64,000 nt of DNA from an uncultured Thermofilaceae archaeon (GTDB lineage: Archaea > Thermoproteota > Thermoprotei > Thermofilales > B69-G16): NCBI GenBank assembly GCA_964501905.1, contig CAZCTW010000002.1:195821-259820 (forward strand). The letters are read 5' to 3'. Positions 8,929-18,626 of this stretch are shown here, piece after piece. The position numbers and the translations under genes were made by a program. The notes under the pieces were generated by a model that did no database searches, was not told the origin of the DNA, and worked only from the letters and a program-made list of their open reading frames with translations. Within the stretch, counting starts at the first letter, position 1; the number at the start of each line of letters is the position of its first letter.

Positions 8929-8969
8929 AAAATGCGGCTATTACTGTGTTATAAGCTTAACCTGAGAAA

Positions 8970-9206
8970 TTAAATTATTTCAACAAGTATTTTCTTTGCC
9001 ATACCTCTGCTTAAAGCTATCATAACTCCGCGAACTCTTACAAGAATAGGTCCTCTATCACTGTTAACAACCTCGACTTCAACGCCAGGAGTTAAACCCA
9101 TTTGCATAAGTCTGGTAGCTAGCCCGGGTCCTGCATTTAATCCCGCTATTCTAGCCTTTTTACCCGGCGGTACGGCTTCGAGAGTGATATGCACGCCGCT
9201 GGACAT
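8970..9206 (-). CDS. feoA: FeoA family protein
   Basis: 78-aa SH3-like FeoA pattern (LEAVPPGKKARIAGL...LMQMGLTPGVEVEVV) immediately upstream of feoB. Confidence 0.85.
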   Translation of the reverse strand: MSSGVHITLEAVPPGKKARIAGLNAGPGLATRLMQMGLTPGVEVEVVNSDRGPILVRVRGVMIALSRGMAKKILVEII

Positions 9207-9314
9207 CGAATCACCACGTTAAATTCTCTGAGAGCATATATAATTGCGACTTAATAGAAAAGAAAAATTATATATAAAAGATTAGCTTATTGTTGAGCCG
9301 CAGAGGTGAAAATC

Positions 9315-9590
9315 ATGTCCAGCGAGGAGGGAATTATATTAATAGGTCGAAAGCCGACAGCAAACTACGTTCTAGCAGCTGTAACGCAGTTTTCCCAGGG
9401 ATCTAAGAGAGTGGTGCTTAAAGCTCGAGGCAGGTCCATAACTAAAGCCGTTAACACTGCCGAAATAGTTCGCAGATTTCTGCCGGAACAGGTAGAAGTA
9501 GTCAAATGTGAAATAGGCAGTGAAACCGTTGGCGAGCCAGGAAAGGAGAGGACGGTTTCCACTATAGAAATAGTGTTAGAGAGAAAATAA
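9315..9590 (+). CDS. albA: Alba chromatin/RNA-binding protein (paralog 1)
   Basis: ILIGRKPTANYVLAAV...VLKARGRSITKAVNTAEIVRR...TVSTIEIVL is a typical Alba sequence. I prefer the ATG at 9315 (GAGGTGA 5 nt upstream) to the GTG at 9306. Confidence 0.9.
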   Translation: MSSEEGIILIGRKPTANYVLAAVTQFSQGSKRVVLKARGRSITKAVNTAEIVRRFLPEQVEVVKCEIGSETVGEPGKERTVSTIEIVLERK

Positions 9591-9627
9591 GTGATTAAAA
9601 TAAGTATCACTTCTGATTTTCTTTTTC
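9591..9627 (+). terminator. hairpin plus oligo-T tract downstream of alba
   Basis: GTGAT-N10-ATCAC stem followed by TTCTGATTTTCTTTTTCC. Archaeal termination typically occurs at T tracts. Confidence 0.4.
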
Positions 9628-9652
9628 CAAGCATTTATTATTCGGTGTTTTC

Positions 9653-11503
9653 ATGTTTAAAGTGAATTTAGATAAGGTCGTATATAAGATAGGTGAGCGC
9701 GCCCTCCTATCGTTAAGTTTTAAAAACACTTCTAGTGAAGCTGCGAAAAAAGATGTCTATTTAGAGCTAAGATTAAACGGAGAGCTAAAAATGGCCTTTT
9801 TAGCCCGTGAGGGAATTAGCCTAGGGCCAGGCGAGGAGTATAGGGAAACCATTGAGGTGCCCCTACCTAGAGAAGAGGGATTAGGCGAGCTCAACGTATA
9901 TCTGGTGGAAAATGGAGAAGTAGTGAGAAAAAACGTAGAATTGGGCATAGTTGACCCGTCGAAGAGGAAACCTCTAATGGTGGCTTTTGTCTGGCACCAC
10001 CACCAAGCGCCCAACTTCTACCCTGACGGCACCTTCCACAGCTTATGGGCCTTTACACACGTCTACGATGATGAGTTTCCTCCCTTTGAAGGAGGAGCCT
10101 ATTATATTCACGTTAAAAATCACGAAAAACACACTAAAATTAAAGACTGCGATCATGTATCCCCCTCTCTTCTCCTGCAGTGGAAAGCTGTCATTGAAAG
10201 AGGCGCAAAAACGGTACATGGACGTATAGAACCTGATGACCCCAAGATAGAGAGAGTAAGATATGTATTAGAGAAATTCCGTGAAATGTCAGCAGAGGGG
10301 AAAGTTGAGATACTGGGAGACCTCTTCGCCCATACAGTTCAAGGATTAGTTATAGATCTGTTCTCTAAGCGCGGCATGAAGAAATTGGCGTTGGAGATTT
10401 TGGATTGGGAACTTAGATATGGTAAAAGAATAACTAGAGAAGTATTGGATTGCGAACCCATAGGTGCATGGACTCCTGAGATGTATTGGAGTCCAGAACT
10501 TGCTGAATTGTACTCTAGGAATGGCTATAAATACACTGTACTCTGTGATCAGCACTTCCGCGCGAGCTCCGGGGAAAAGGGCTCCATATATGAACCATAC
10601 AGGGTAGAGTATAACGGGAATTCTATAGTTATCTTCTTCAGAGATAGAGAACTCAGCGATTGGATAAGCTTTAGAAACAATTTTACGGACGAAGAACACG
10701 CCGAAAGAGAAGCTAGAGGTTTTACGCTGACGCTGTTGGAGAAGTACTTCAAGCATCCAGGCGGGATCTGCGTTATAGCGCTCGACGGAGAAAACTGGAT
10801 GATAGGCTCTATGACCCGAGAGTATGTCCCCCTATTCTTCGATTTACTCTGGAGGTATATAGAGGAAAGTGAGAAGGTATTCAAGACCGTAACTCTCTCC
10901 GAATACCTTAAAAACCGCGACGGGAATTCATTTAAAACTTTAAAGTACATACCGAAAGGTTCATGGGCTGGGCTTTCGAATGCTCAATGGGTGGGCGGCG
11001 TTAAAGACGACTTGTGGAATTTTGTTTTGGAAAAAGCCAGGTGGGTTGCCGCTCTGAGCAATGCCCTACCCCATCAGCTAAAGAAGAAAATGCTGTTAGA
11101 CGAGAAATCTCCGCTGTTCCGCGCATACAGAGCGTTATCCATAGCAATAGACAGTGACTACTTCTGGTTCGGCGATAGAGAATTAGAACAAAAGGTTATC
11201 AAAGCTTGGGCTGAAGAGGCTGAGAGAATATCGAGAGAGGTTTTAGAAAAAATTAAAATACAATCCATCCACATCTCGAGCCATAAAATCTCCGTACTCG
11301 TCAAGAACAACTACCAATATCCTCTAAATCTCTGGCTAAAACTTGAAGACATTACTCGAGAGGAGGAAATTAAGATACTGGTAGAAGGCGGATCTACTAG
11401 GGAAATAGCCTTGGATGTTGACGAGAATATTAGATGTATAGCCCTCACTGTACCTCCTATAGTACTTAAAAAAATAGCCTTGAGCAGCGGAATTTTCTTA
11501 TAA
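9653..11503 (+). CDS. GH57-family glycoside hydrolase (alpha-glucan-acting) with an N-terminal Ig-like domain
   Basis: MVAFVWHHHQAPNFYPDG matches the GH57 N-terminal HQP-type motif. ALDGENW and the overall length fit the GH57 fold. The first ~100 aa form an extra beta-rich domain. Confidence 0.75.
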   Translation: MFKVNLDKVVYKIGERALLSLSFKNTSSEAAKKDVYLELRLNGELKMAFLAREGISLGPGEEYRETIEVPLPREEGLGELNVYLVENGEVVRKNVELGIVDPSKRKPLMVAFVWHHHQAPNFYPDGTFHSLWAFTHVYDDEFPPFEGGAYYIHVKNHEKHTKIKDCDHVSPSLLLQWKAVIERGAKTVHGRIEPDDPKIERVRYVLEKFREMSAEGKVEILGDLFAHTVQGLVIDLFSKRGMKKLALEILDWELRYGKRITREVLDCEPIGAWTPEMYWSPELAELYSRNGYKYTVLCDQHFRASSGEKGSIYEPYRVEYNGNSIVIFFRDRELSDWISFRNNFTDEEHAEREARGFTLTLLEKYFKHPGGICVIALDGENWMIGSMTREYVPLFFDLLWRYIEESEKVFKTVTLSEYLKNRDGNSFKTLKYIPKGSWAGLSNAQWVGGVKDDLWNFVLEKARWVAALSNALPHQLKKKMLLDEKSPLFRAYRALSIAIDSDYFWFGDRELEQKVIKAWAEEAERISREVLEKIKIQSIHISSHKISVLVKNNYQYPLNLWLKLEDITREEEIKILVEGGSTREIALDVDENIRCIALTVPPIVLKKIALSSGIFL

Positions 11504-11521
11504 TCCTCCGATGATAATATA

Positions 11522-11857
11522 ATGGAGAGGGAAATGTCACAGAAAATATCCGCTGAAGCTTTTCAGCGAATGGTTGAAAAAGCTGCTTGGTTAATTTCTG
11601 AAGGTAGAATCGTAAGGATTAGCGATATCCTATACTATGTAATTGGAAGAAGGTCTAGACATTTGGTGAGAATTGGGGATGGAGAAAAAATAACTTGCTC
11701 CTGTTTCGGCTTTAAGAGCAGGGGCGTATGTTCTCACGTTCTCGCAGTTTCAACCTTGAGGAAAATGAAAGAAGGATCTGAAATTATAGATGAAATTATG
11801 CAGGAAAGAATTAAACGTGAGCTAAGACAGCTTTATAGAGGTGAAATTACTAGATGA
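11522..11857 (+). CDS. SWIM zinc-finger protein
   Basis: CxCx(n)CxH signature in ITCSCFGFKSRGVCSHVLAV. Confidence 0.7.
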   Translation: MEREMSQKISAEAFQRMVEKAAWLISEGRIVRISDILYYVIGRRSRHLVRIGDGEKITCSCFGFKSRGVCSHVLAVSTLRKMKEGSEIIDEIMQERIKRELRQLYRGEITR

Positions 11858-11902
11858 CAGCCTCTGCCTACATGGAGGTGTAAAATCTTGAAGTACCGCT
11901 TG

Positions 11903-12289
11903 ATGGATATACTAGCCTGCCCTTACGATAAGAAATTCCCCCTAAAGCTATACGTCTTTGAGGAAAAAGTATATCCAGAGCGGGAATATGTATGGGATAA
12001 AAAACCTCTCTGCGAGCTTTACTGTGGACTCTTAGAGAAGAAAGTCGAAGAGCTTGACGAGACACCCTGCGAAGAGTGTATAAAGAAGGAGATAGTCGAA
12101 GGTTTAATTTTCTGCGAAGTTTGTAATAGATGGTATCCTATAGTAGAGGAGATTCCGATATTTCTCCCGGATGAGATAAGAGAAAAACGTAAACAGGAAG
12201 ATCTGAAGTTTCTGAACAAGTACAAAGATAAAATCCCGGAGAAAATCCTGAAAGAAGGAAAGCCGTGGACGTTAACTAATCGTGAGTAA
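11903..12289 (+). CDS. Trm112-like zinc-ribbon protein with an insertion
   Basis: MDILACPYDKKFPLKL ... FCEVCNRWYPIVEEIPIFLPDE resembles the Trm112/DUF343 fold. ATG at 11903 is preferred over TTG at 11888. Confidence 0.6.
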   Translation: MDILACPYDKKFPLKLYVFEEKVYPEREYVWDKKPLCELYCGLLEKKVEELDETPCEECIKKEIVEGLIFCEVCNRWYPIVEEIPIFLPDEIREKRKQEDLKFLNKYKDKIPEKILKEGKPWTLTNRE

Positions 12290-14024
12290 AGTAAGCCGTG
12301 ATAACCCCCTCCGATTTCTGATCTATCCTAACGAATCCAAATCTGTAGAATTGGACCTTATCGTCAACCTCTAGTTTCCCTATTTCTTCTTCGCCAACTC
12401 CCTCGACAGAGACGACCTTTTCCCCCTTAACCTTCACAACTTTTACGTTTACATACCGGTTCGTTGGCGCCCATTGTATAATCGGCAATTTATACGTTTT
12501 AGCGTAATCCATATCCTTATTCAGATACTTAGCAAGAGCCTTCTCGCCATCCTTTATTAACTTAAAATTAGCTAGCCCAAGAAACCTAATCTCTCTCTCC
12601 TTCAAAGATTTTAAGTCGTCGAGAGAGACAAATATCGACGTTTTGCCATTATCTACGTCTAGGGAGATTAGACGAAAGCCTCTTTCCGGGAAGGAGGGAT
12701 GATAAGGTATTTTGGCGGTTAACCTCTCCGGTATATCTACTAGCTCTATTCTAGCCGGGTTGGGCACGAACATGTACCTATTTGCCTTAGGCTCGAGGTA
12801 TTTACGGTTAATAGCGTAGAGATTGGCTATACTGATAACGGCGCCGGAGGGCTTAACACCTACGTCGATCATTATCTCCCATATTGTTTCAGGCAGGAAG
12901 CCTCTCCTCCTTAGCGATACCAAAGTCCCCAATCGCGGGTCGTCCCAGCTGGTGTATCTGCCTTCTTCAATTCCTTTCCTAATCTTAGATTTACTGAGCA
13001 CAATGCCTTCGAGGTTTAAACGGCCGAAATGTATCGCCTCTGGGTATTCCCATTCTAGGTGTCTAAACATGAACTTCTGCTTTATCGTATTAGTCTGGTG
13101 TTCTTTGGCTCTTAAAATATGGGTTATTCCCATTAAATGGTCATCTACGCCGCAGGCGAAGTTGTATGTAGGCCACACAATATACTTATCGCCTACTAAG
13201 GGATGAGGATACTTGGATGTGTCTATAACTCGAAAAGCTATCCAATCTCTAACAGAGGGATCTGGATACTTTATGTCGGTTTTTACACGAAGAACCGCCT
13301 CCCCCTCGCCATAAAATCCTTCAAGCATTTTATCCCATCTCTCTAACTGGACGTTAACTTCTTCTTTAGAATGCTCACAAGCTATCCCCCTCTTACGGTA
13401 CTCCTTAATCTTGTTGTGAGAACACGTGCATATATAGGCTCCCCCTCTCTCGATTAACAAGCGTGCGTAGCGGTAGTAGATGTCCATCCTCAAGGACTGT
13501 ATGTATTCTTCGTCCCACTTTAAACCGAGCCAGCGTAAATCCTCTCTTATAGCTTCATAAGCCTCGAGTATTGGAGTTTTGGTTTTAGGGTCAGTATCTT
13601 CAAACCTTAGAACGAACTTACCTTTGTACATGCGGGCGTATTCGTAGCTCAGTATGGCGGGACGCGCGCTACCTAAATGTAAAACGAAATCCGGGTTTGG
13701 AGCAAAACGTGTCACAACCCGCTTATATTTATCTACATTAGGCAGAGGAGGCAACGCCTTTCTTTTCTCCTCCACCTCTTTCTTTACTAATTCTTCAGGC
13801 CATTTCTCCTCGAGAATGCTCTTTAGTTCTTCAAGGGTTTTCTCATTAACCTTATTCACTACTTCCCGGACTATCGGCACTATCTCTCTAGCGTAGGGCC
13901 TAAGCGAGGGATCTTCCCTAAAGATCTTGCTGATCACCGCTTTGAAATTAGCTTTACCTCCGTATTTCACCGCATTTATAACAGCATGTTTAAACGCTAA
14001 CTCTCGCACTTTATTCTCTTCCAT
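12276..14024 (-). CDS. gltX: glutamyl-tRNA synthetase (archaeal type)
   Basis: Class I motifs HLGSARPA (HIGH) and VLSKSK (KMSKS), with archaeal GluRS length. ATG at 14024 is preferred to TTG at 14045. Confidence 0.95.
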   Translation of the reverse strand: MEENKVRELAFKHAVINAVKYGGKANFKAVISKIFREDPSLRPYAREIVPIVREVVNKVNEKTLEELKSILEEKWPEELVKKEVEEKRKALPPLPNVDKYKRVVTRFAPNPDFVLHLGSARPAILSYEYARMYKGKFVLRFEDTDPKTKTPILEAYEAIREDLRWLGLKWDEEYIQSLRMDIYYRYARLLIERGGAYICTCSHNKIKEYRKRGIACEHSKEEVNVQLERWDKMLEGFYGEGEAVLRVKTDIKYPDPSVRDWIAFRVIDTSKYPHPLVGDKYIVWPTYNFACGVDDHLMGITHILRAKEHQTNTIKQKFMFRHLEWEYPEAIHFGRLNLEGIVLSKSKIRKGIEEGRYTSWDDPRLGTLVSLRRRGFLPETIWEIMIDVGVKPSGAVISIANLYAINRKYLEPKANRYMFVPNPARIELVDIPERLTAKIPYHPSFPERGFRLISLDVDNGKTSIFVSLDDLKSLKEREIRFLGLANFKLIKDGEKALAKYLNKDMDYAKTYKLPIIQWAPTNRYVNVKVVKVKGEKVVSVEGVGEEEIGKLEVDDKVQFYRFGFVRIDQKSEGVITAYFTHD

Positions 14025-14118
14025 TCGCCCACCTACTAGCTTCAATACGTCTTTAGAGTTGTTGAACGCTTAAATTAATATACGCTCCGGCTAAAAATTA
14101 TTCTATCAATAGAGCTCG

Positions 14119-14859
14119 GTGTATTTTATGAATGCAGAGTTAGCTCAGTTCGCTATAAACGTCGCCGGTTTAACGGTAGCGTCGTATATGGATATCAAAA
14201 CTAGAGAGATAGAGGATTACGTTTGGTACTCAATGCTTGTAGCCAGTATTCCCGTGCTTGTTTATAGGGCTAGCCTTCTGATACAGAATCAACCTCTGCT
14301 GATTCTGTACTTTTTATCCCTCACTATGGGAATAACTATGGCGTTAGCTATGGATAGATTTGCCCTAGTAGGGGGGGCTGACGTTAAAGCCCTAATAGTA
14401 TTAAGCATAAACGAGATACCCTCTCTCAACAAAAACCCTCTATCTCTGATACCTCCGCTGTCAATCTTTACGAACAGCGCACTACTTTCTCTACTAATAA
14501 TACCCGTAATTTTGCTCCGAAATATGATATACTCTCTTAAGCAAGGCGATCTCTTCAGAGGCTTTGAACAAGAAGATGTCAAGAAGAAGATTCTTTGTTT
14601 TTTCACATCCTATAAAGTCCCTTACAGCGTATATTTAAAAAACAAGTACAAATACTCGCTGGCTGAAGCAAAGGAAGACGGAAAGAGAGCATTAAGGATA
14701 GGCGTTAGAGTAAGAGAAGAGGAATCTGACGAAGGATATTCAGAGGATGAAGAGGTTTGGGTAAGCCCACTACTTCCTCTGATAGTCTTCATAGAGTTAG
14801 GTTACATAGTACACTTCCTTTACGGAAACATTTTAGGACTTTTACTAAACTTAATATGA
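14119..14859 (+). CDS. A24-family prepilin/preflagellin peptidase-like aspartic protease
   Basis: Polytopic membrane protein with the two catalytic Asp motifs MDIKTREIED and VGGADVKAL (GxGDxK-like). Confidence 0.7.
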   Translation: MYFMNAELAQFAINVAGLTVASYMDIKTREIEDYVWYSMLVASIPVLVYRASLLIQNQPLLILYFLSLTMGITMALAMDRFALVGGADVKALIVLSINEIPSLNKNPLSLIPPLSIFTNSALLSLLIIPVILLRNMIYSLKQGDLFRGFEQEDVKKKILCFFTSYKVPYSVYLKNKYKYSLAEAKEDGKRALRIGVRVREEESDEGYSEDEEVWVSPLLPLIVFIELGYIVHFLYGNILGLLLNLI

Positions 14860-15061
14860 TGCTTCTAAAGGGCTAAGTTGTATGGTATTTAGAGCTAGGC
14901 CTCGGCGTGAGATGGTTTCTTCATCTAGCAGATTTCCCTATCTTCCTCATCGGCAAGCTACGGCATCTTCCTAGCCTCTTTCATCACAGTCAGAACCCGT
15001 GTTCCCAATCATCTGCCGCCGTGATATATACTCTGGGAGGAAATATATTTGTTATCCAACG

Positions 15062-15832
15062 CTATATCTTCACTTTGCCATCGACTACTATCCCTCTTCC
15101 GGTTTCGATTTTGAATAAGTACATGGCTGGTTTGACAGGTCTCCACCTCATCTTCCTTACAAACAACGTGCGTATATATTCGCCCTTAATCCTTTCGACT
15201 CCGAGGACTATTATCCCGGCTGCCAAGAACTCCTCCACACCGAAACGGCTTAAAGCGTTACTGCCCGTGGGTATCTCAGATGTTATTATATTGGTTGTCC
15301 CTATCTCTTTCTCTATTGAAATCACTAAATTTCTAATATAGCTTCGTGTCCACGTAGGGTCTTTTTCTCCCATAATTAAGGGGGCTACGGGGTCTATCAC
15401 CAAGCGTTTAGCTCCGATGCGCATAGCCTCGCTTTTCAAGTTGAGAACGAGTGACTTAACTATGGTCTCTATCGGCTTATCCTTCATTTTCTCTGCGAAA
15501 TCGGGCAGTAGTGTGAGAACGCTCAACAAGTTCTTTCTAATTAGGGCTTCTAAATCCCAACCGAAGGAAAGGGCCCCTCCTATGAAATCTTCGTAATCCT
15601 CGTCGACAAGTAGATATACCCCGGGCTCTCCAATAGAAGCCCCATAGACTAAGTAGTTTAGCGAGAAGAGAGTTTTCCCCGTGCCCGTTTCCCCGGCTAT
15701 AAGGTAGGTTCTCCCTCTGATAAAGCCTCCTCCTATAATCTCGTCTAAGCCCTCAATGCCCGTTGGAGTTAACACGAGAGGAGGTGGAGGAGGAGGTTGT
15801 AAGCGTTCCTCTTTTGCCTCCGGCATGCTCAC
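15062..15832 (-). CDS. single-domain KaiC/RecA-superfamily ATPase
   Basis: GIEGLDEIIGGGFIRGRTYLIAGETGTGKT (Walker A) and LLVDE (Walker B). GTG start. Confidence 0.85.
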   Translation of the reverse strand: MSMPEAKEERLQPPPPPPLVLTPTGIEGLDEIIGGGFIRGRTYLIAGETGTGKTLFSLNYLVYGASIGEPGVYLLVDEDYEDFIGGALSFGWDLEALIRKNLLSVLTLLPDFAEKMKDKPIETIVKSLVLNLKSEAMRIGAKRLVIDPVAPLIMGEKDPTWTRSYIRNLVISIEKEIGTTNIITSEIPTGSNALSRFGVEEFLAAGIIVLGVERIKGEYIRTLFVRKMRWRPVKPAMYLFKIETGRGIVVDGKVKI

Positions 15833-15834
15833 GC

Positions 15835-15990
15835 CTACTCACCTTCCCCTAAACCTTTAGAGTATTTCTCGATAAAGAATTCCAATGCATCCCTAACTAT
15901 AGCCGAAATCGATTCAGCTTCTCCTCTTTCAACCCTCTCTTTCATTTCTAAATATAAACTCTCGGGTACGCGTATTGTCACTTTCCGCAT
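15835..15990 (-). CDS. ribbon-helix-helix (CopG/Arc-like) DNA-binding protein
   Basis: Absent from the ORF track (51 aa). Sequence MRKVTIRVPESLYLEMKERVERGEAESISAIVRDALEFFIEKYSKGLGEGE shows a beta strand plus two helices as in RHH proteins. Its stop lies 2 nt before the KaiC-like start. Confidence 0.7.
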   Translation of the reverse strand: MRKVTIRVPESLYLEMKERVERGEAESISAIVRDALEFFIEKYSKGLGEGE

Positions 15991-16152
15991 ATACTATCCC
16001 AACGCAATTAGTTCGTGAAGGTTTAAAACATTTGCTATCTCAACAAGACCTAAACTCCTGAAGTCGTAGCTTTAAGGAACACCGAGGGATAAGCCTAATT
16101 CTATAGGATAATTCTCGAGAATACTTATAAATTACATTACTATACTCATAGT

Positions 16153-16530
16153 GTGGGCAAGAATTACGTGGAGAAAATACATAAGAAACTGAAAATGGCG
16201 TACGCCCAAATTCTCGTAGCTGAGAATATAAAAAGGAATAAGAGACAAAATGCTTTAAAGTCCCTCTACGTATTAGCTATGACCGGGAACATTTTCGCGA
16301 CACCCGAATTCCTAGCCAGCGTTTACATATCAAGCTCTATGTCTGAGGTTAAGAAGGCAAGGAAAATTTTGGAAAAAGCTTTGAAAAAAGAAGATATCTC
16401 TATGGAAGATAGGCTTTTATTAAAACAACTAGAATCCGTGTTAAAACCCGATAAAGAAATAGGCTTCTATGACTTGAAGATAATGGTAGCGGAGGCTTTG
16501 AGAATACTTGAGTCAGCACCACTGCTATAG
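16153..16530 (+). CDS. hypothetical helical protein
   Basis: 125-aa ORF with no recognisable motif. Confidence 0.5.
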   Translation: MGKNYVEKIHKKLKMAYAQILVAENIKRNKRQNALKSLYVLAMTGNIFATPEFLASVYISSSMSEVKKARKILEKALKKEDISMEDRLLLKQLESVLKPDKEIGFYDLKIMVAEALRILESAPLL

Positions 16531-16571
16531 TAGACATCATCGCGTAGCTCAGAGCTCCAGACCCTCATCAA
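16513..16571 (-). ncRNA. C/D-box sRNA candidate (weaker)
   Basis: Minus-strand box order: C UUGAUGA (16571-16565), 12-nt guide GGGUCUGGAGCU, D' CUGA (16552-16549), 7 nt, C' AUGAUGU (16540-16534), 17-nt spacer, D CUGA (16516-16513). TTATTTAA sits about 27 nt upstream. The 17-nt second spacer is atypical. Confidence 0.3.
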
Positions 16572-16607
16572 TCAATATAGTATATACACAAAAACACCTT
16601 AAATAAT

Positions 16608-16883
16608 CTAGCTTAAGTTGAACAGTTCCTTAAACGCCGAGATTATATCCTCTATAGACAAGCCTAAGAGAACCACTTTATCCTCGTAAGCTCTGATCTT
16701 CTCTTCGATCTCCTTTACGTCTGCCGAAATCAGGGATCTCTCCATATCCTCAAAGGCTTCGGGAGGGTAGGCAAAGAAATCCCCGCTAAGGACTACACCT
16801 ACTATCTTACCTTCGCTAACCTCAACTTCTATTTTTAAAGTCTTTCCGCCGGGTATGCGCTTAATAATCTCTCTCCTAGGCAA
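16608..16883 (-). CDS. lipoate-protein ligase C-terminal domain protein (LplB-type)
   Basis: 91-aa protein directly downstream of the LplA catalytic-domain gene. Size and position match the split archaeal LplA/LplB arrangement. Confidence 0.65.
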   Translation of the reverse strand: MPRREIIKRIPGGKTLKIEVEVSEGKIVGVVLSGDFFAYPPEAFEDMERSLISADVKEIEEKIRAYEDKVVLLGLSIEDIISAFKELFNLS

Positions 16884-16888
16884 ATTCC

Positions 16889-17647
16889 CTACCTCTTAAA
16901 TATCCATTCCAGACTCGAGTACCTCTCCGCCAGTTTCTTCGCCAGTGATATCTCCTCTTTCGTAGGCGCACCTTCTTCAAAATCCACGTTAAAGACCTGC
17001 GTGAAACCTTTCTTTAAAGCTTCTATAACCTCCTCCTTACGGACTTCTCTACCCAATTCTATAGATACCGTAGTCACTCTCTCCCTTATGGACGAGATCT
17101 TCCGTGAAGCTAGTTTTTCCTTAGGAATTTTTAAGACTTTGGAAAGGATCTCTAAGTCGGTATTATACATGAGGGTTCCGTGCTGAAGGACAGCTTTACC
17201 CCTTCTCGCCTGCGCATTTCCGGAAATCTTCTTTCCGTTAACCACCACGTCGTTAACCGGTACGAACTCGGCTTTTAAACCCAGAAAAGATAAAGCTTCA
17301 ACTATCCCCCCGCAGATGAATTTGTAGCTTTCCTGTAAGTCGCGCGGTATGAATGTAAGGTCGGCAACGACACTGTACGTTATCTCGCCCTCGGCGTCGT
17401 GGTATACAGACCCTCCTCCGGTTATGCGCCTAGTGAAGGGTATATTCTCCTTGCTAAGGTAGTCTAAATCCACAGCGTCCGAAACTTTTTGGAAATACCC
17501 TATGGTCACGGCGCTAGGCTTTATGACGTATAACCTTAAAGTATTAGGAATAGCGTTTTTCCGCTTAAGCTCTAGCATAGCTTCGTCTAATCCCATGCTC
17601 CAGTAAACATCGCCTTCATCAATTATCAGGCGCCACATACTTTCCAA
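16889..17647 (-). CDS. lplA: lipoate-protein ligase A, catalytic domain
   Basis: RRITGGGSVYHD, KISGNAQARRG and VLQHGTLMY are BPL/LPL catalytic-domain motifs. Confidence 0.9.
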   Translation of the reverse strand: MESMWRLIIDEGDVYWSMGLDEAMLELKRKNAIPNTLRLYVIKPSAVTIGYFQKVSDAVDLDYLSKENIPFTRRITGGGSVYHDAEGEITYSVVADLTFIPRDLQESYKFICGGIVEALSFLGLKAEFVPVNDVVVNGKKISGNAQARRGKAVLQHGTLMYNTDLEILSKVLKIPKEKLASRKISSIRERVTTVSIELGREVRKEEVIEALKKGFTQVFNVDFEEGAPTKEEISLAKKLAERYSSLEWIFKR

Positions 17648-17690
17648 TTTAGCGTAAACTGTTTTAAATCATTGCTTTAATTTTGGTGTT

Positions 17691-18626
17691 GTGCATGTTA
17701 GAGTCTCTATTGGATCTCTGTCTGAGCTAGGAATTTACAAAATATACATGCTCGCTAGGCCTACTACGCTCTATATTCTACAATACTTCGAAAAAGGCTG
17801 CCTAGCCAGCTGTAGATTCTGCCCTCAGTCGAGCACTAACAATGCTGATAAGAGCTACGTTTCGCGCGTCCCATGGCTCGCTGTTCCGCTAGACGTTTTA
17901 ATCGAAAAGGTAAAGGAGAAAGGAAGGGTCTTCGCTAGAGTATGCATTCAAAGCGTACTTAAACCGGGTTTTGAAGAAGAGATCTTAGAAATAATATATA
18001 AGATTAAGAATTCTGGAATAAACCTGCCAATATCCACGGCTTTAACGCCTATAGATGTCGATGTCCTACGCCAGCTTAAGAAAATCGGAGTAGATCACGT
18101 AGGCGTTGGATTGGACGCTGCTACTCCTGAAGTCTTCCACAAAGTAGGCAAGCCCTATAGTTGGGAAAGGTATATGAAGTTTATCGACGAAGCTGTTGAA
18201 GTTTTCGGAAAGGGCAATGTTGTCGTGCATTTAATTTTCGGTCTTGGAGAAAAAATCGAGGAATTCATCCAGACAATGAAACTCATTTACCGCAAAGGCT
18301 GTGAGGTGGCTCTCTTCGCTTTTACGCCAGTAAGGGGGACCTGCCTCGCAGGCGCCCCACAACCGTACGTACTAGACTATAGAGTAGCTCAAATAGCCCG
18401 CTTCCTTCTCTCGAAGAAAGTAAGGAAAATTCCAGAAGCCGAAGCTCTACTTGAAGCCCTCCTCACGAGCGGCTGCCCTGGCTGCAATAGACCCTTTTAC
18501 AACGAATCACCTAGAAGAATGTACAATTACCCCAGTCGAGAATTATTAGAAAGAGATAAAGCTAAGCTTATTGGAGAAATAGTGGAGGCTCTATCGAGGA
18601 TAAACCTGGATTCACTGGTGAGGTGA
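17691..18626 (+). CDS. radical SAM protein, biotin-synthase-like (LipS-type lipoyl synthase subunit candidate)
   Basis: CxxxCxxC in GCLASCRFCPQS. Divergent from lplA and overlaps the second rSAM gene by 4 nt. Confidence 0.7.
   Translation: MHVRVSIGSLSELGIYKIYMLARPTTLYILQYFEKGCLASCRFCPQSSTNNADKSYVSRVPWLAVPLDVLIEKVKEKGRVFARVCIQSVLKPGFEEEILEIIYKIKNSGINLPISTALTPIDVDVLRQLKKIGVDHVGVGLDAATPEVFHKVGKPYSWERYMKFIDEAVEVFGKGNVVVHLIFGLGEKIEEFIQTMKLIYRKGCEVALFAFTPVRGTCLAGAPQPYVLDYRVAQIARFLLSKKVRKIPEAEALLEALLTSGCPGCNRPFYNESPRRMYNYPSRELLERDKAKLIGEIVEALSRINLDSLVR

Noticed and set aside
14907-15341. 144-aa plus-strand ORF.
   Set aside because: It lies mostly antisense to the well-supported KaiC-like ATPase gene, and its translation is compositionally odd.
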